Shown in pieces: positions 51,853-60,898 of a stretch of 64,000 bases of DNA. Location of the stretch: IMG/VR virus record IMGVR_UViG_3300035498_000404, positions 38,895-102,894 of that record. The stretch is one strand, 5' to 3'. Every line of letters begins with the position of its first letter. Position 1 is the stretch's first letter. Source of the stretch: a virus (lineage: Duplodnaviria > Caudoviricetes). The translations under genes and the position numbers were made by a program. Under the pieces are notes generated by a model, which saw only the letters and a list, made by a program, of their open reading frames with translations, ran no database searches and was not told the origin of the DNA.

Positions 51853-51942
51853 TGGCGGTTGTTGGGGGACTTGAACCCTCGCGTCGAAAATCGGCCTAAG
51901 AGGTTAGCAACCTCTCCCCTTCACCAGCTTGGGTAAACAACC
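51853..51942 (-). tRNA. tRNA-Ser(GCU)
   Basis: GGTTGTT/AACAACC acceptor, AGAGG-TTGCTAA-CCTCT, long variable arm, G73-CCA. Confidence 0.9.
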
Positions 51943-51946
51943 ACAA

Positions 51947-52018
51947 AAATAGACGGAATTTTTAAAAAATACAGAATTTGAGTCTGTCCTAAAAAATAAT
52001 TGCTGTCTCCGCCTGTTT
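51947..52018 (-). ncRNA. ACAGCAA-motif hairpin RNA B with anticodon-like stem-loop
   Basis: AGGCGGA/TCCGTCT stem, GACAGCAATT, inner ACAGA-CTCAAAT-TCTGT. Confidence 0.7.
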
Positions 52019-52216
52019 AAGATTCATAATGGTTTAATTTTAAACAACAATCCACGTTTTATGTAATAACATGGGGAAGAGAGCAACTACTTTGCAATCT
52101 TCTATGTAAAAAAGACTAAATTCAATTATTATAAATACACTATTAAATTTGCCTCACCACCCAAAAGACATCATTTATTAGTAATTATATAATGTTTGAA
52201 TCGTCTTTCTATCTAT

Positions 52217-52245
52217 ATTATAGCACAAAATTTTAATTTTGTCAA
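52217..52245 (-). promoter_or_regulatory. Sigma-A promoter heading the tRNA/ncRNA cluster
   Basis: TTGACA-17-TGnTATAAT. Confidence 0.85.
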
Positions 52246-52274
52246 GTGTTTTTTAAAAAAATTCTAAAAAATTT

Positions 52275-52745
52275 TTAATCTTCCTGATGCCGAGGTTTTA
52301 AAACTGCGATTTTATGAGTTTCAAAATATCTGTTAAACTCGTCTCCACTACATAAAGTCATAACCTCAGACAGCTTGTCCTTTGTCGCTTTAAGAGCCTC
52401 TTCAGGCGTAAAAAATTCACTAACTGCATTTTCATTTTCATCTATATTACGCAGCATGAAATAAACAGGAGAACATTCCTCATTAAAATCACCGGTGATA
52501 ACACAAAACCAATTATTGCTTTCTTTCAAACGTTTAATTGAATATTCCAAATAACCGTCTTTATTGAAAATTGTTTCTTTTAAAATTCTAAGAAACAATT
52601 TCAGAAGATTACTTGTCTTATCATCAATTTCGTCATAATAACCCGGCCATAACGGTTGAAAATAAAAATTTCCAACTTCATCCATAAGAACATCTACTTC
52701 AAGGTCTTCATAACCGTCATAGCATAAATTTCCGATAATTTGCAC
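52275..52745 (-). CDS. Hypothetical protein
   Basis: GAGG SD; GTG start. Confidence 0.6.
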   Translation of the reverse strand: MQIIGNLCYDGYEDLEVDVLMDEVGNFYFQPLWPGYYDEIDDKTSNLLKLFLRILKETIFNKDGYLEYSIKRLKESNNWFCVITGDFNEECSPVYFMLRNIDENENAVSEFFTPEEALKATKDKLSEVMTLCSGDEFNRYFETHKIAVLKPRHQED

Positions 52746-52780
52746 TATTAATTACCTCAAATCAAATAATCCAACTCAAT

Positions 52781-53896
52781 TTATTCATAAATCATAAAAT
52801 CTTTCCCATAAATTGAATTGCACATATCAAATACACGCCCCATACCCAAACCAGATTCACTAGGCATCCAAATTTGTTTTGGATTCCAAATATCTTTATT
52901 GGTATTTAAAGAATCATATTGAGGATTGTCTACCCATTGGCCACCATTGATACAATAATCATATTGTTTTGGATGCGTCCAAGCCAATCTCTGAAAGCGT
53001 GTTTCGCCCTTTTCAAGATGTAAACCATAAGCGCAAAAAATACATCCTGTTCTAGTACAACCAGTGCATAAAAATTTTCCAGATTTTTCGTCTTTTATGA
53101 TTTCACCATAAACAGAACAAATTTGAAGCCCATATTTTACAATATATTCAAATATATCCTGTTCTGTCCAAAACGACAAAGGATTACTGACTGGTTCTTT
53201 CATATAGAAGCCATTACAGCCATTTTTTAACCATTGCTGTCTTCTAAGCCATCCTTCTTCTGCCATTTGCCCAGTAATAGGAAAAACTTGTTGTTTGTGG
53301 GCATAATGTTTTACAGGACGTTTTTTCATAACCTTACAGCACTCGGAAGAAATATTAAATGGCAAATCGTAAAGTGGTCTATATTTTTGTATATTAAATA
53401 CGCTATCAATTTCGCCGTCATTTAAACGTCTCATAGATACAGAATAATTTCCATGAGACATACTAACACGAGCATCTTTAATAGCTCCTGACACCTCTTT
53501 TGAAATAATCGGATACCCATAAATAGAAACAACATCTTTAAATGATAAATTATCTATATTAGAATGACCATTTCGCTTTCCGGCATTCCCCCACTTTGGG
53601 TTTAATACAATTACCCCATCAAAAGACTGTGTAAATTTTTGGATTTCTGGATATTCCAGTCCGGTATTTACAAAAACCACTGGGATATTTTTGTCTGGTA
53701 ATGTTCGGCGTACAATATCAAGAAGAACTGTACTATCTTTGCCACCACTAAAACTTACGTATATTCTTCCTTTAAAATGATTATACCATTCTAAGATACG
53801 CGTCTGACTAATTTGAACTTTGCGCTCCAATGGTAGTGCTTGTAATTCTTTAAGACGAGTGGAATCATGAATGCTTGTGTCTCTATAGTCGCCCAT
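52781..53896 (-). CDS. PAPS reductase-family (PP-loop, Fe-S) protein
   Basis: SFSGGKDS, NTGLE, ECC..MKK.P, RTGCIFC. Confidence 0.85.
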   Translation of the reverse strand: MGDYRDTSIHDSTRLKELQALPLERKVQISQTRILEWYNHFKGRIYVSFSGGKDSTVLLDIVRRTLPDKNIPVVFVNTGLEYPEIQKFTQSFDGVIVLNPKWGNAGKRNGHSNIDNLSFKDVVSIYGYPIISKEVSGAIKDARVSMSHGNYSVSMRRLNDGEIDSVFNIQKYRPLYDLPFNISSECCKVMKKRPVKHYAHKQQVFPITGQMAEEGWLRRQQWLKNGCNGFYMKEPVSNPLSFWTEQDIFEYIVKYGLQICSVYGEIIKDEKSGKFLCTGCTRTGCIFCAYGLHLEKGETRFQRLAWTHPKQYDYCINGGQWVDNPQYDSLNTNKDIWNPKQIWMPSESGLGMGRVFDMCNSIYGKDFMIYE

Positions 53897-53908
53897 ATAA
53901 ACCTCAAA

Positions 53909-54328
53909 TTAAAGAAGCTTAATTACTTCAGACACGGGCTTTATCTTCCAATTCTTTGTCTTTTCTGCCCTATTGATAATTTTAATAATATCCCTAGAAG
54001 TAGAGGAAACTGAGCGGTCATTCAGATATTTTTCACGATACGTATTCAGTGTCTCGGAATCAGAACAAGTATTTTCCACCAAATTTTGTTCTACATTCAG
54101 CATCTCCCACATTGTATGTGTGGCGACCGTGTTGTTTCGACAACGACAAGTTACAACGCTAAAAGGAATGTCCCAGTCAGGACAGGCATAAGCGCACATA
54201 TCTCCATCATAAAAATTCTCGACCTTCATCTTCCGTTCGTCCGTAACTCTGCTATCACGCTCGTCAATAAACGTAAAATAAAGATGCTTCTTATCATCCG
54301 GTGTGTCCCATACAAAAATTCTTTCCAT
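53909..54328 (-). CDS. Hypothetical protein
   Basis: AAGGAG SD; follows a promoter. Confidence 0.6.
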   Translation of the reverse strand: MERIFVWDTPDDKKHLYFTFIDERDSRVTDERKMKVENFYDGDMCAYACPDWDIPFSVVTCRCRNNTVATHTMWEMLNVEQNLVENTCSDSETLNTYREKYLNDRSVSSTSRDIIKIINRAEKTKNWKIKPVSEVIKLL

Positions 54329-54391
54329 AGTTGTCTTTCTCCTTTGTTATATTTAAATACACAGGGGAGTTTCCTCCCCTTATGTACCTAT

Positions 54392-54420
54392 ATTATATCA
54401 CATTCTTTAGGATTTGTCAA
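54392..54420 (-). promoter_or_regulatory. Sigma-A promoter
   Basis: TTGACA-17-TGnTATAAT. Confidence 0.85.
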
Positions 54421-54577
54421 GTAATTTCATCGAGTTTTCACTCTTTTTCTTGAAGAATTGACAGTAGTTATCTGGCGCAGTATAATCTGCACACCACTCA
54501 CTTTCTCCGCAGAAACAAACCCAGTTAAAATCTTCGTGCCATTCACAATTGCCACAGCACTCAATCTTTTTAGCCAT
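54407..54577 (-). CDS. Small Cys-rich protein (56 aa)
   Basis: MAKKIECCGNCEWH..CFC..WC..YC; AAGGAG SD overlaps the previous stop. Confidence 0.55.
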   Translation of the reverse strand: MAKKIECCGNCEWHEDFNWVCFCGESEWCADYTAPDNYCQFFKKKSENSMKLLDKS

Positions 54578-54586
54578 TCAAACTCC

Positions 54587-56044
54587 TTATGCCGTAATCA
54601 TTGCATAACGCTCGTCACTCAGAGCTTTAATCATCGCCTCATAGCTGTCATATCCGATAGATTCAAGAACATTCTTGAAAATCGCAGCAGACATACCGGA
54701 GAACTGACGAACTCCTTCTTGCTTTGCTTTTGCCTGAAAATTACCATAGCTATTTACGTTCCAGAACACAACTTCCGGCAGAGTATAGCCATAGGTATTA
54801 TACTTCTGCTTAATCTGGTCGTAGAACGTCAAGCACCCCTTACGGAAACCAGTAACGCAATAATCCATCTGCATATCAGTAACAACTACAATGGTCTTAG
54901 GCAAGTCCTCACTGGCTATGTTATTTTTGATTGCAGTCTTCAACACAAGCTCAAACGCCGCCTCAAGATTTGTATTATTACCCCAAGGGGCGCTTCTGAC
55001 CTTATTAATCTTACTCCGCAGAGTACCCTCACGAAGTTCAATAAACTTAGGCCGCTCAGAGAAAGTCATAAACAGGTTGTGCCAATCTCCCTTATTGCGC
55101 TCGGCAAAATAAATTGCCAAACCAATAGCGGCGTCCATAGGACGGCCATACATAGAACCAGAAGTATCTGCCATTACAAGAATATTATTCTCGCCCTCGA
55201 CATAGTTAGGCAGAGCTTTCCACTGCGCCTCTAAAACATCATCTTCTGCATAACTATTCTCGTATCCTTCAATAATGTCATAAGGGAACAACGTGGAAGC
55301 ATTAATCTTCTTAGCACCAGACTTCACAGCTTCCATGTACTTAGAAAAACCGATGTTGTCATGCTTAGAAAATGCCTTGGCGTAATTCTTCATTGCATAA
55401 GATGGAACAGCTTCGTAATTAATCTTAGACCACTCACGACCAGACATTTTAACTTCCGTAACATCAATATACTTACGAAGTTTTGCAATAGTCTTCTGAT
55501 AGGTGCGTGCGTCCATTCCCAGCTTCTTTGCGGTCAAATGACCAAGACGTACAGACTCCTTGGAACTGGTATTGACAGACTTAACCCACTTAGCAGCCAG
55601 AGAAACAGACTTGCCAGCATTCATAGCCGCAATATCCTCAGAAATCTGCTCAACCAAAATCTGCCACATATCATTTTCAACAGGCGTTCCGATGAAAACA
55701 TACATATCATCCCAACGACCGAAGAAAGGAACGTACTTCAAGTTCTTACGCATGACATCAGTATGGTTCGTAGCCAGCCAACGCCACATCTGACGAGCAG
55801 TCTCACGCTCACCCTGACCACCACGAGCATCACGACAATAGAACATAATCTTCGTCGTTAAATCAGGACTTTCGTTAAAAGCCGCATAAAGCAGACTGGT
55901 CAAATCACTACGATTCTCGCGCATAGCGCCACACTGGGCGAACAAGTCAAGAACCGAACTACCAGTGGTATTAATAGCCAAAGCACCATTAGTCGTAAGA
56001 GTACGAGAAGCTTCGGTACGTGCAGCATCAGTAAAAACACTCAT
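54587..56044 (-). CDS. DUF2828-family protein (helical N-domain + vWA; Ro60/TROVE-like architecture)
   Basis: T.NGA, RDARGGQGER, GRWDD, AAKW, MIDAS DTSGS, TDMQMD, VFWNV. Confidence 0.85.
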   Translation of the reverse strand: MSVFTDAARTEASRTLTTNGALAINTTGSSVLDLFAQCGAMRENRSDLTSLLYAAFNESPDLTTKIMFYCRDARGGQGERETARQMWRWLATNHTDVMRKNLKYVPFFGRWDDMYVFIGTPVENDMWQILVEQISEDIAAMNAGKSVSLAAKWVKSVNTSSKESVRLGHLTAKKLGMDARTYQKTIAKLRKYIDVTEVKMSGREWSKINYEAVPSYAMKNYAKAFSKHDNIGFSKYMEAVKSGAKKINASTLFPYDIIEGYENSYAEDDVLEAQWKALPNYVEGENNILVMADTSGSMYGRPMDAAIGLAIYFAERNKGDWHNLFMTFSERPKFIELREGTLRSKINKVRSAPWGNNTNLEAAFELVLKTAIKNNIASEDLPKTIVVVTDMQMDYCVTGFRKGCLTFYDQIKQKYNTYGYTLPEVVFWNVNSYGNFQAKAKQEGVRQFSGMSAAIFKNVLESIGYDSYEAMIKALSDERYAMITA

Positions 56045-56047
56045 ATT

Positions 56048-56087
56048 AGATACTCCTTTAAATTCATTTTGTAGCTGTTTTGTATCT
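56048..56087 (-). promoter_or_regulatory. Structured 5' leader of the DUF2828 gene with ACAGCUA motif
   Basis: AGATAC/GTATCT stem enclosing AAAACAGCTA and the AAGGAG SD. Confidence 0.6.
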
Positions 56088-56100
56088 TCCGAACATCTAT

Positions 56101-56129
56101 ATTATAGCATATTTTTATTCTCTTGTCAA
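56101..56129 (-). promoter_or_regulatory. Sigma-A promoter of the DUF2828 gene
   Basis: TTGACA-17-TGnTATAAT. Confidence 0.85.
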
Positions 56130-56135
56130 GTGTTT

Positions 56136-57314
56136 TCAAGAATTTTCTTTTAGAATTTTTACAGTATCCACTAAAGCACCTATCAACGTAGAAATATTTT
56201 CAGTGGTAGTATTTTCATCGAAAGAAATTCTAATAGAAGAAGTGGGTATACTTATATCTTTCAAGGAATCATTTGACATTACAATATTTGACAAAACATG
56301 ACTTGCGCTCCCAGCTTCACAAGCAGAACCAGTGGAAACCTTTATGTCGTAAAGTTCATCCAAAGCAAGCATTAAAGATTCTGCATGAACTCCATGAAAC
56401 GCAATGTTAATAATACTACTAACACAATCATGTGAGGGAGAATTTACTCGGAAAGCATCTTTCCCAAGTCCATCTTCCAACCCTCTAATAATTGCTTTTT
56501 TAAAGTCATTATATTTAACGTCTATTTCATCAAAATTTACACAACGTAAATCATTAACGGCAGCGTTAAGGCCAGCAATACCAAGAATATTCTCTGTGCC
56601 ACCACGTATTCCATCTTCTTGCTTGCCACCATAAATAAGAGTTGGTAGATGATAATATCTTTCATACTTCATTCCATCAGAAATCCAGACAACACCAATT
56701 CCTTTAGGAGCATGAAATTTATGACCTGAAAATGTAGCAATATCAACTCCTAATTCCTGCATATTGATTTTCATATGAGGAAGAGCTTGGGTAATATCCG
56801 TATGGAAAATATACCCATGTGCATGAGCCATACTTGCCAACTTTTTAATGTCCTGAATCGTACCAATCTCATTATTTGCCATTATGATTGATACCATTTT
56901 AACATACCATTCACTATCTTCTCCCCAGCTAAGAAATTGGTCGTACATATCAGGGTCTATAAAACCATATTCGTCTGTCTGTAAAATATTATAATTATAA
57001 TCAAAATCTCTCTTATTTCCGTCAACACTCATAACAGAGCTATGTTCGATTCCGCTTATAATTATCTTATCAACACTCTTATTGATAACCCAAGTATTTG
57101 CTTCGCTGCCACTCGAAGTGAAATAAACTTTTCCGCCGCCACCATTTAGTAGCAAATCAATATTTGTTTTAGTATCTTCAATATATTGCTTTACTTCCAG
57201 ACCTTCTTTATATAAATTGCTAGGATTGCAATTCAAGCAATCCATAGCGCGGTCAATTTCTTTTTTCACATTAGGACTTATAAAAGTCGTAGATGCCGAA
57301 TCTAAATAAATCAA
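56136..57314 (-). CDS. Cysteine desulfurase (IscS/NifS type)
   Basis: IYLD..ST, ANNEIG, SGHKFHAPKG, RGGTEN, STGSAC. Confidence 0.9.
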   Translation of the reverse strand: MIYLDSASTTFISPNVKKEIDRAMDCLNCNPSNLYKEGLEVKQYIEDTKTNIDLLLNGGGGKVYFTSSGSEANTWVINKSVDKIIISGIEHSSVMSVDGNKRDFDYNYNILQTDEYGFIDPDMYDQFLSWGEDSEWYVKMVSIIMANNEIGTIQDIKKLASMAHAHGYIFHTDITQALPHMKINMQELGVDIATFSGHKFHAPKGIGVVWISDGMKYERYYHLPTLIYGGKQEDGIRGGTENILGIAGLNAAVNDLRCVNFDEIDVKYNDFKKAIIRGLEDGLGKDAFRVNSPSHDCVSSIINIAFHGVHAESLMLALDELYDIKVSTGSACEAGSASHVLSNIVMSNDSLKDISIPTSSIRISFDENTTTENISTLIGALVDTVKILKENS

Positions 57315-57331
57315 AATTAACCACCAACCTA

Positions 57332-58591
57332 TTACATCTTATTGGCAATCTCCGCAATACGGCTACGATAAATCTTCTGCAATTCAACCTCGCCATAGAT
57401 GTCCTCGCCACGGAAAACCTCGGACATACGACGCATACCATTATTGCTTCCTGCATACTGTGACATATCAACCTGAGTTTCATAGTCACCATCAATAATA
57501 CAAATACTATCAGAAGAAATTCTCTGTAATGCCAATTTCATAAGGGAAATATCAAGATTCTGAGCTTCAGTAATATACACGCCGCACTTTGTACCACGAG
57601 TATCAAATCCACGAATATCACACATAGGAAGAAGCTGAATCTTATGGTCATCAATAGCACGCTGTAATGCAATACTATCACCCAACTTAGAAGTTAGCAT
57701 AGTACCAATGGAGGCATCTGCCAACTTCTCGGAACGTGAGCCGGGGTAATAGCCGAGCTTTGCACTATTAATAGTTGCAACAGTATTACAGAAAATGATA
57801 ATAGTCTCAATCTTATGTTTTTCCAACAAAGCGAACAAATATGCCAGTGATAACAAACTCTTGCCAGTACCACTATCGCCCTTTACCATGTTAATCTGGT
57901 TTGTACAAAGAGAATCAATGAAAATTTCCTGATAAATGTCCTTTGGCTTAATTTCGCCCTTTGCATCTCCAATGGTAGTAGTCTTTAAATTCTGGCGTTT
58001 AATTGCAACAAATTGAGTACCATTCCATTTCATAGCGTCAATTACAGAACCGTCAGGACGCTTCAAAATCAAATACTCATTCATGATACAATTACAGAAA
58101 TTATTATCTAAGTTCTGATAAATTTCAGCAAGAGCTTCATCGGAACTCACAATGACTTCTTCAAATCCTGTATATTTGTCATCTTCATTTTCTCTGATAC
58201 CAAAAACAGGAAGCTCAAAAACATTCTTTGCGATATTTTTACAACTAATATCATCTGTAATAAAGTTTATAAACACGCCATCTTCTTGCTCTTTCTGATT
58301 ATAAAGAAATGCTTCTGCAATAATAATATTATCAGGAGTACATTCAATTCCTTTATTAGAAAGTAATTCAAGAATTGCATTATAATCAAAATTACAGACA
58401 TAATAATTATCGTTATTGTCAAACAATCGAGCAAGTCTACGAGCCTTAAACTTCGTATCTTCGTCCTTGTGTCCAGAAGTTTTAATATGCTCAATTTCTT
58501 CAAGAGTTTTATGAGAACAAACAAAAAAATCTTCAAAAGCCTTTTCTCCGAGATTTAATAGTGCGTTGGTGTCATAAAACTTTTCTACCAT
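57332..58591 (-). CDS. phoH: PIN-PhoH family protein
   Basis: YDTN, DN.II, GDSGTGKS, RG, EAQN, DGD..Q.D. Confidence 0.85.
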   Translation of the reverse strand: MVEKFYDTNALLNLGEKAFEDFFVCSHKTLEEIEHIKTSGHKDEDTKFKARRLARLFDNNDNYYVCNFDYNAILELLSNKGIECTPDNIIIAEAFLYNQKEQEDGVFINFITDDISCKNIAKNVFELPVFGIRENEDDKYTGFEEVIVSSDEALAEIYQNLDNNFCNCIMNEYLILKRPDGSVIDAMKWNGTQFVAIKRQNLKTTTIGDAKGEIKPKDIYQEIFIDSLCTNQINMVKGDSGTGKSLLSLAYLFALLEKHKIETIIIFCNTVATINSAKLGYYPGSRSEKLADASIGTMLTSKLGDSIALQRAIDDHKIQLLPMCDIRGFDTRGTKCGVYITEAQNLDISLMKLALQRISSDSICIIDGDYETQVDMSQYAGSNNGMRRMSEVFRGEDIYGEVELQKIYRSRIAEIANKM

Positions 58592-58617
58592 ACATTCTAT
58601 CCCCTTATTTTTATATT

Positions 58618-59532
58618 TTAATGTGATTCAACATCACAATAATGCAAATTTTGTACCTCTTCGTAAAAATCTTTACCCCACTTTTTCTCATACTTAGAAC
58701 ACTGCCCATTATTCCAGCCATAAGGCTTCATGTGCTGATTTACTAAGAAAAGAACGTGAAGTAATCCCTCTAAACTCAAATCAGAAAATTTCATGAACAT
58801 ACCGTCATACGCACTAATATTTTCGTGATTATAATAATGAGCTTCCTCAGTCTTTACACCGTCTCTATTACAAAATACCTTAGTCTTAGCTTTCCCAATA
58901 TCATGAATCAATGCCGCATATCTCACATACTTGGAAAAATTATTCTTTTCTGCAATCTTATACGCCATTTTCATGTGTGAACCTAAAGACAAGGTATGAT
59001 GGTGATTGTCCTGATTAAAGTCAGTCAAAGAATTTACAACTTCAACAGGGTCATAAGTTTCAAATTCAAGACCATTAACGAAATTAATACTATCCCATCC
59101 CTCATTCCAATAAGGAATGTTGAAGTTTTTGTACATACGATAAATCACATAATCAGGAACATCCTTTGACCGCATATGAGAACGGGCAATGCAATCATTG
59201 TACGAAGTACGCATAATCATGCAGCTTGCATGAATCTTTCCGATACGCTTTTCAAGTCCTCTGACTCTTTGTAAGAGAGCTGTACGATACCGAGAAGAAA
59301 CATTACAAGCATCAAGAATTACGCTATTGCTACATTCAAGATTAACTTTAATGCGTCTTTCTACTTCCTTAAAGACCTCCGAATTATGGTCTTGATTTCC
59401 TTCGTCTCCATAAAATTCCTCACGAATTGCATCAGAAGAAATTACCACAAATCCTTCTTTTCTCCGCAAATTACAATAAGTAGACTTGCCACTTGCAGGA
59501 AGTCCACACATCACAATAAACTGCAAAACCAT
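58618..59532 (-). CDS. Polynucleotide kinase-like P-loop + HD domain protein
   Basis: GLPASGKST, SSD.IR, LDACN, HDIGK. Confidence 0.85.
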   Translation of the reverse strand: MVLQFIVMCGLPASGKSTYCNLRRKEGFVVISSDAIREEFYGDEGNQDHNSEVFKEVERRIKVNLECSNSVILDACNVSSRYRTALLQRVRGLEKRIGKIHASCMIMRTSYNDCIARSHMRSKDVPDYVIYRMYKNFNIPYWNEGWDSINFVNGLEFETYDPVEVVNSLTDFNQDNHHHTLSLGSHMKMAYKIAEKNNFSKYVRYAALIHDIGKAKTKVFCNRDGVKTEEAHYYNHENISAYDGMFMKFSDLSLEGLLHVLFLVNQHMKPYGWNNGQCSKYEKKWGKDFYEEVQNLHYCDVESH

Positions 59533-59544
59533 TTCTATCCTCCT

Positions 59545-60831
59545 TTACTCAAAATTCGCCAATAATTTCACATCACTATCAGTAGTCCCAAAACTACCAT
59601 AAACTTTATAAAAAATGTTTGGATTTTGACCAATCATTTCTTCAAAGAAATTGTCAATGCTACCAGTTTTAATATTATTGCCGTCTTTATACTTTAGAAT
59701 ATTTCCATTTGTCTGGTCTAAATGGCTGATTGCTAAACTATAATCCCACCTAAAATCGCCAGTTTTTGGAAATTTTTCACGACATTTACGAGAATCGGCA
59801 GCAATTCTTGTATACAAACTACTAGGACTAATTAAACCAAATTTTGGTTCTCCACACCATAAAGTTTTTACGTTAGTATCTTCTTTGATTTTATCCGAAA
59901 TAAAAAATTTATTATATTCTTCAAATCTGCCAGTACCATACCTCATATTGTACCAACGGGAACAATAAATAACTTCAATGTCATGGCTACAATCAAGTTC
60001 ATTGTGAGCAATGTATTTATTGAAGAAATTAAGACCAGTATGATACGCACAGCAATCATCTACGCCATAAAAAGCAACAGAATTTCTCAAACCAAGAGAG
60101 CCTTCAAAAATAATATTTTTAAAATTATACAAAATGCAATACTCTCTTTTGTTAGAAACAAGTGTAAATACCGATGAATGAGTAGTTATATGACTAAGAA
60201 AAAACATTAAATCATCAATGTACTTGTCAAGGTTTGAATCACTATACAAATACGAATAATTGTTTAGAATTTCAAGCACTCCATTCGGAGCATTTTTAAG
60301 AACTATCTCATTGATATATCCGTCCCTTAATCCATGCAAATAGTTCTTAAAACTATCAACTGTCATATTAAGACAATCAGAAACTTTCAGCCTATATTTT
60401 GCGTCTCCATTATTACGCTGAATAGTATTAGTGATTCCAAATCCACTTGTGCTTCTTTTTCCTTTATTATAATCATACAAAGTACGACAAATAGCAACAT
60501 CAAAAGGAGTGGTAATTCTGCAATTTTCATTTACATAAATAATTGGCGTTACACCAAGTTTTTCCAACTGCTCCCACTCGCTTCTAAACTCACTTGGATT
60601 AACAATAAATTCATCGGCAAGATAGGTAGGAGCGCCCTTTAACGTACCAGAACCAAAATGATGAAAAATATGGCGAATCCCATTATGACAAACTGTGTGA
60701 CCAGAATTTACTCCACCGTTGCACCTTACAACAAGAGTATCTTTGTCAGTAAAATAATTAACCATATGCCCGACACAAGAATTGCCATATCCAGAATCAA
60801 GAATAATTTTTACAAATCCAGTTCTTGCCAT
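59545..60831 (-). CDS. Divergent adenylosuccinate synthetase-like protein
   Basis: VR.NGG.NSGHTV..HIFHHFGSG, IFEG, TN are recognisable; the GDEGKG loop is replaced by GNSCVG. Confidence 0.7.
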   Translation of the reverse strand: MARTGFVKIILDSGYGNSCVGHMVNYFTDKDTLVVRCNGGVNSGHTVCHNGIRHIFHHFGSGTLKGAPTYLADEFIVNPSEFRSEWEQLEKLGVTPIIYVNENCRITTPFDVAICRTLYDYNKGKRSTSGFGITNTIQRNNGDAKYRLKVSDCLNMTVDSFKNYLHGLRDGYINEIVLKNAPNGVLEILNNYSYLYSDSNLDKYIDDLMFFLSHITTHSSVFTLVSNKREYCILYNFKNIIFEGSLGLRNSVAFYGVDDCCAYHTGLNFFNKYIAHNELDCSHDIEVIYCSRWYNMRYGTGRFEEYNKFFISDKIKEDTNVKTLWCGEPKFGLISPSSLYTRIAADSRKCREKFPKTGDFRWDYSLAISHLDQTNGNILKYKDGNNIKTGSIDNFFEEMIGQNPNIFYKVYGSFGTTDSDVKLLANFE

Positions 60832-60869
60832 TTTGAATCTCCTATCTACTCAGCTTTATTTGTGCTTAT

Positions 60870-60898
60870 ATTATACCACACTTTCTATGTCTTGTCAA
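60870..60898 (-). promoter_or_regulatory. Sigma-A promoter
   Basis: TTGACA-17-TGnTATAAT. Confidence 0.85.

Noticed and set aside
52781-57314. Complete Dnd/Ssp phosphorothioation system
   Set aside because: Only generic IscS and PAPS-reductase-family genes; the other components are not evident.
59545-60831. PurZ / Z-DNA pathway
   Set aside because: Lacks the GSTGKG signature; no DatZ/MazZ/DpoZ-like gene recognised in the window.
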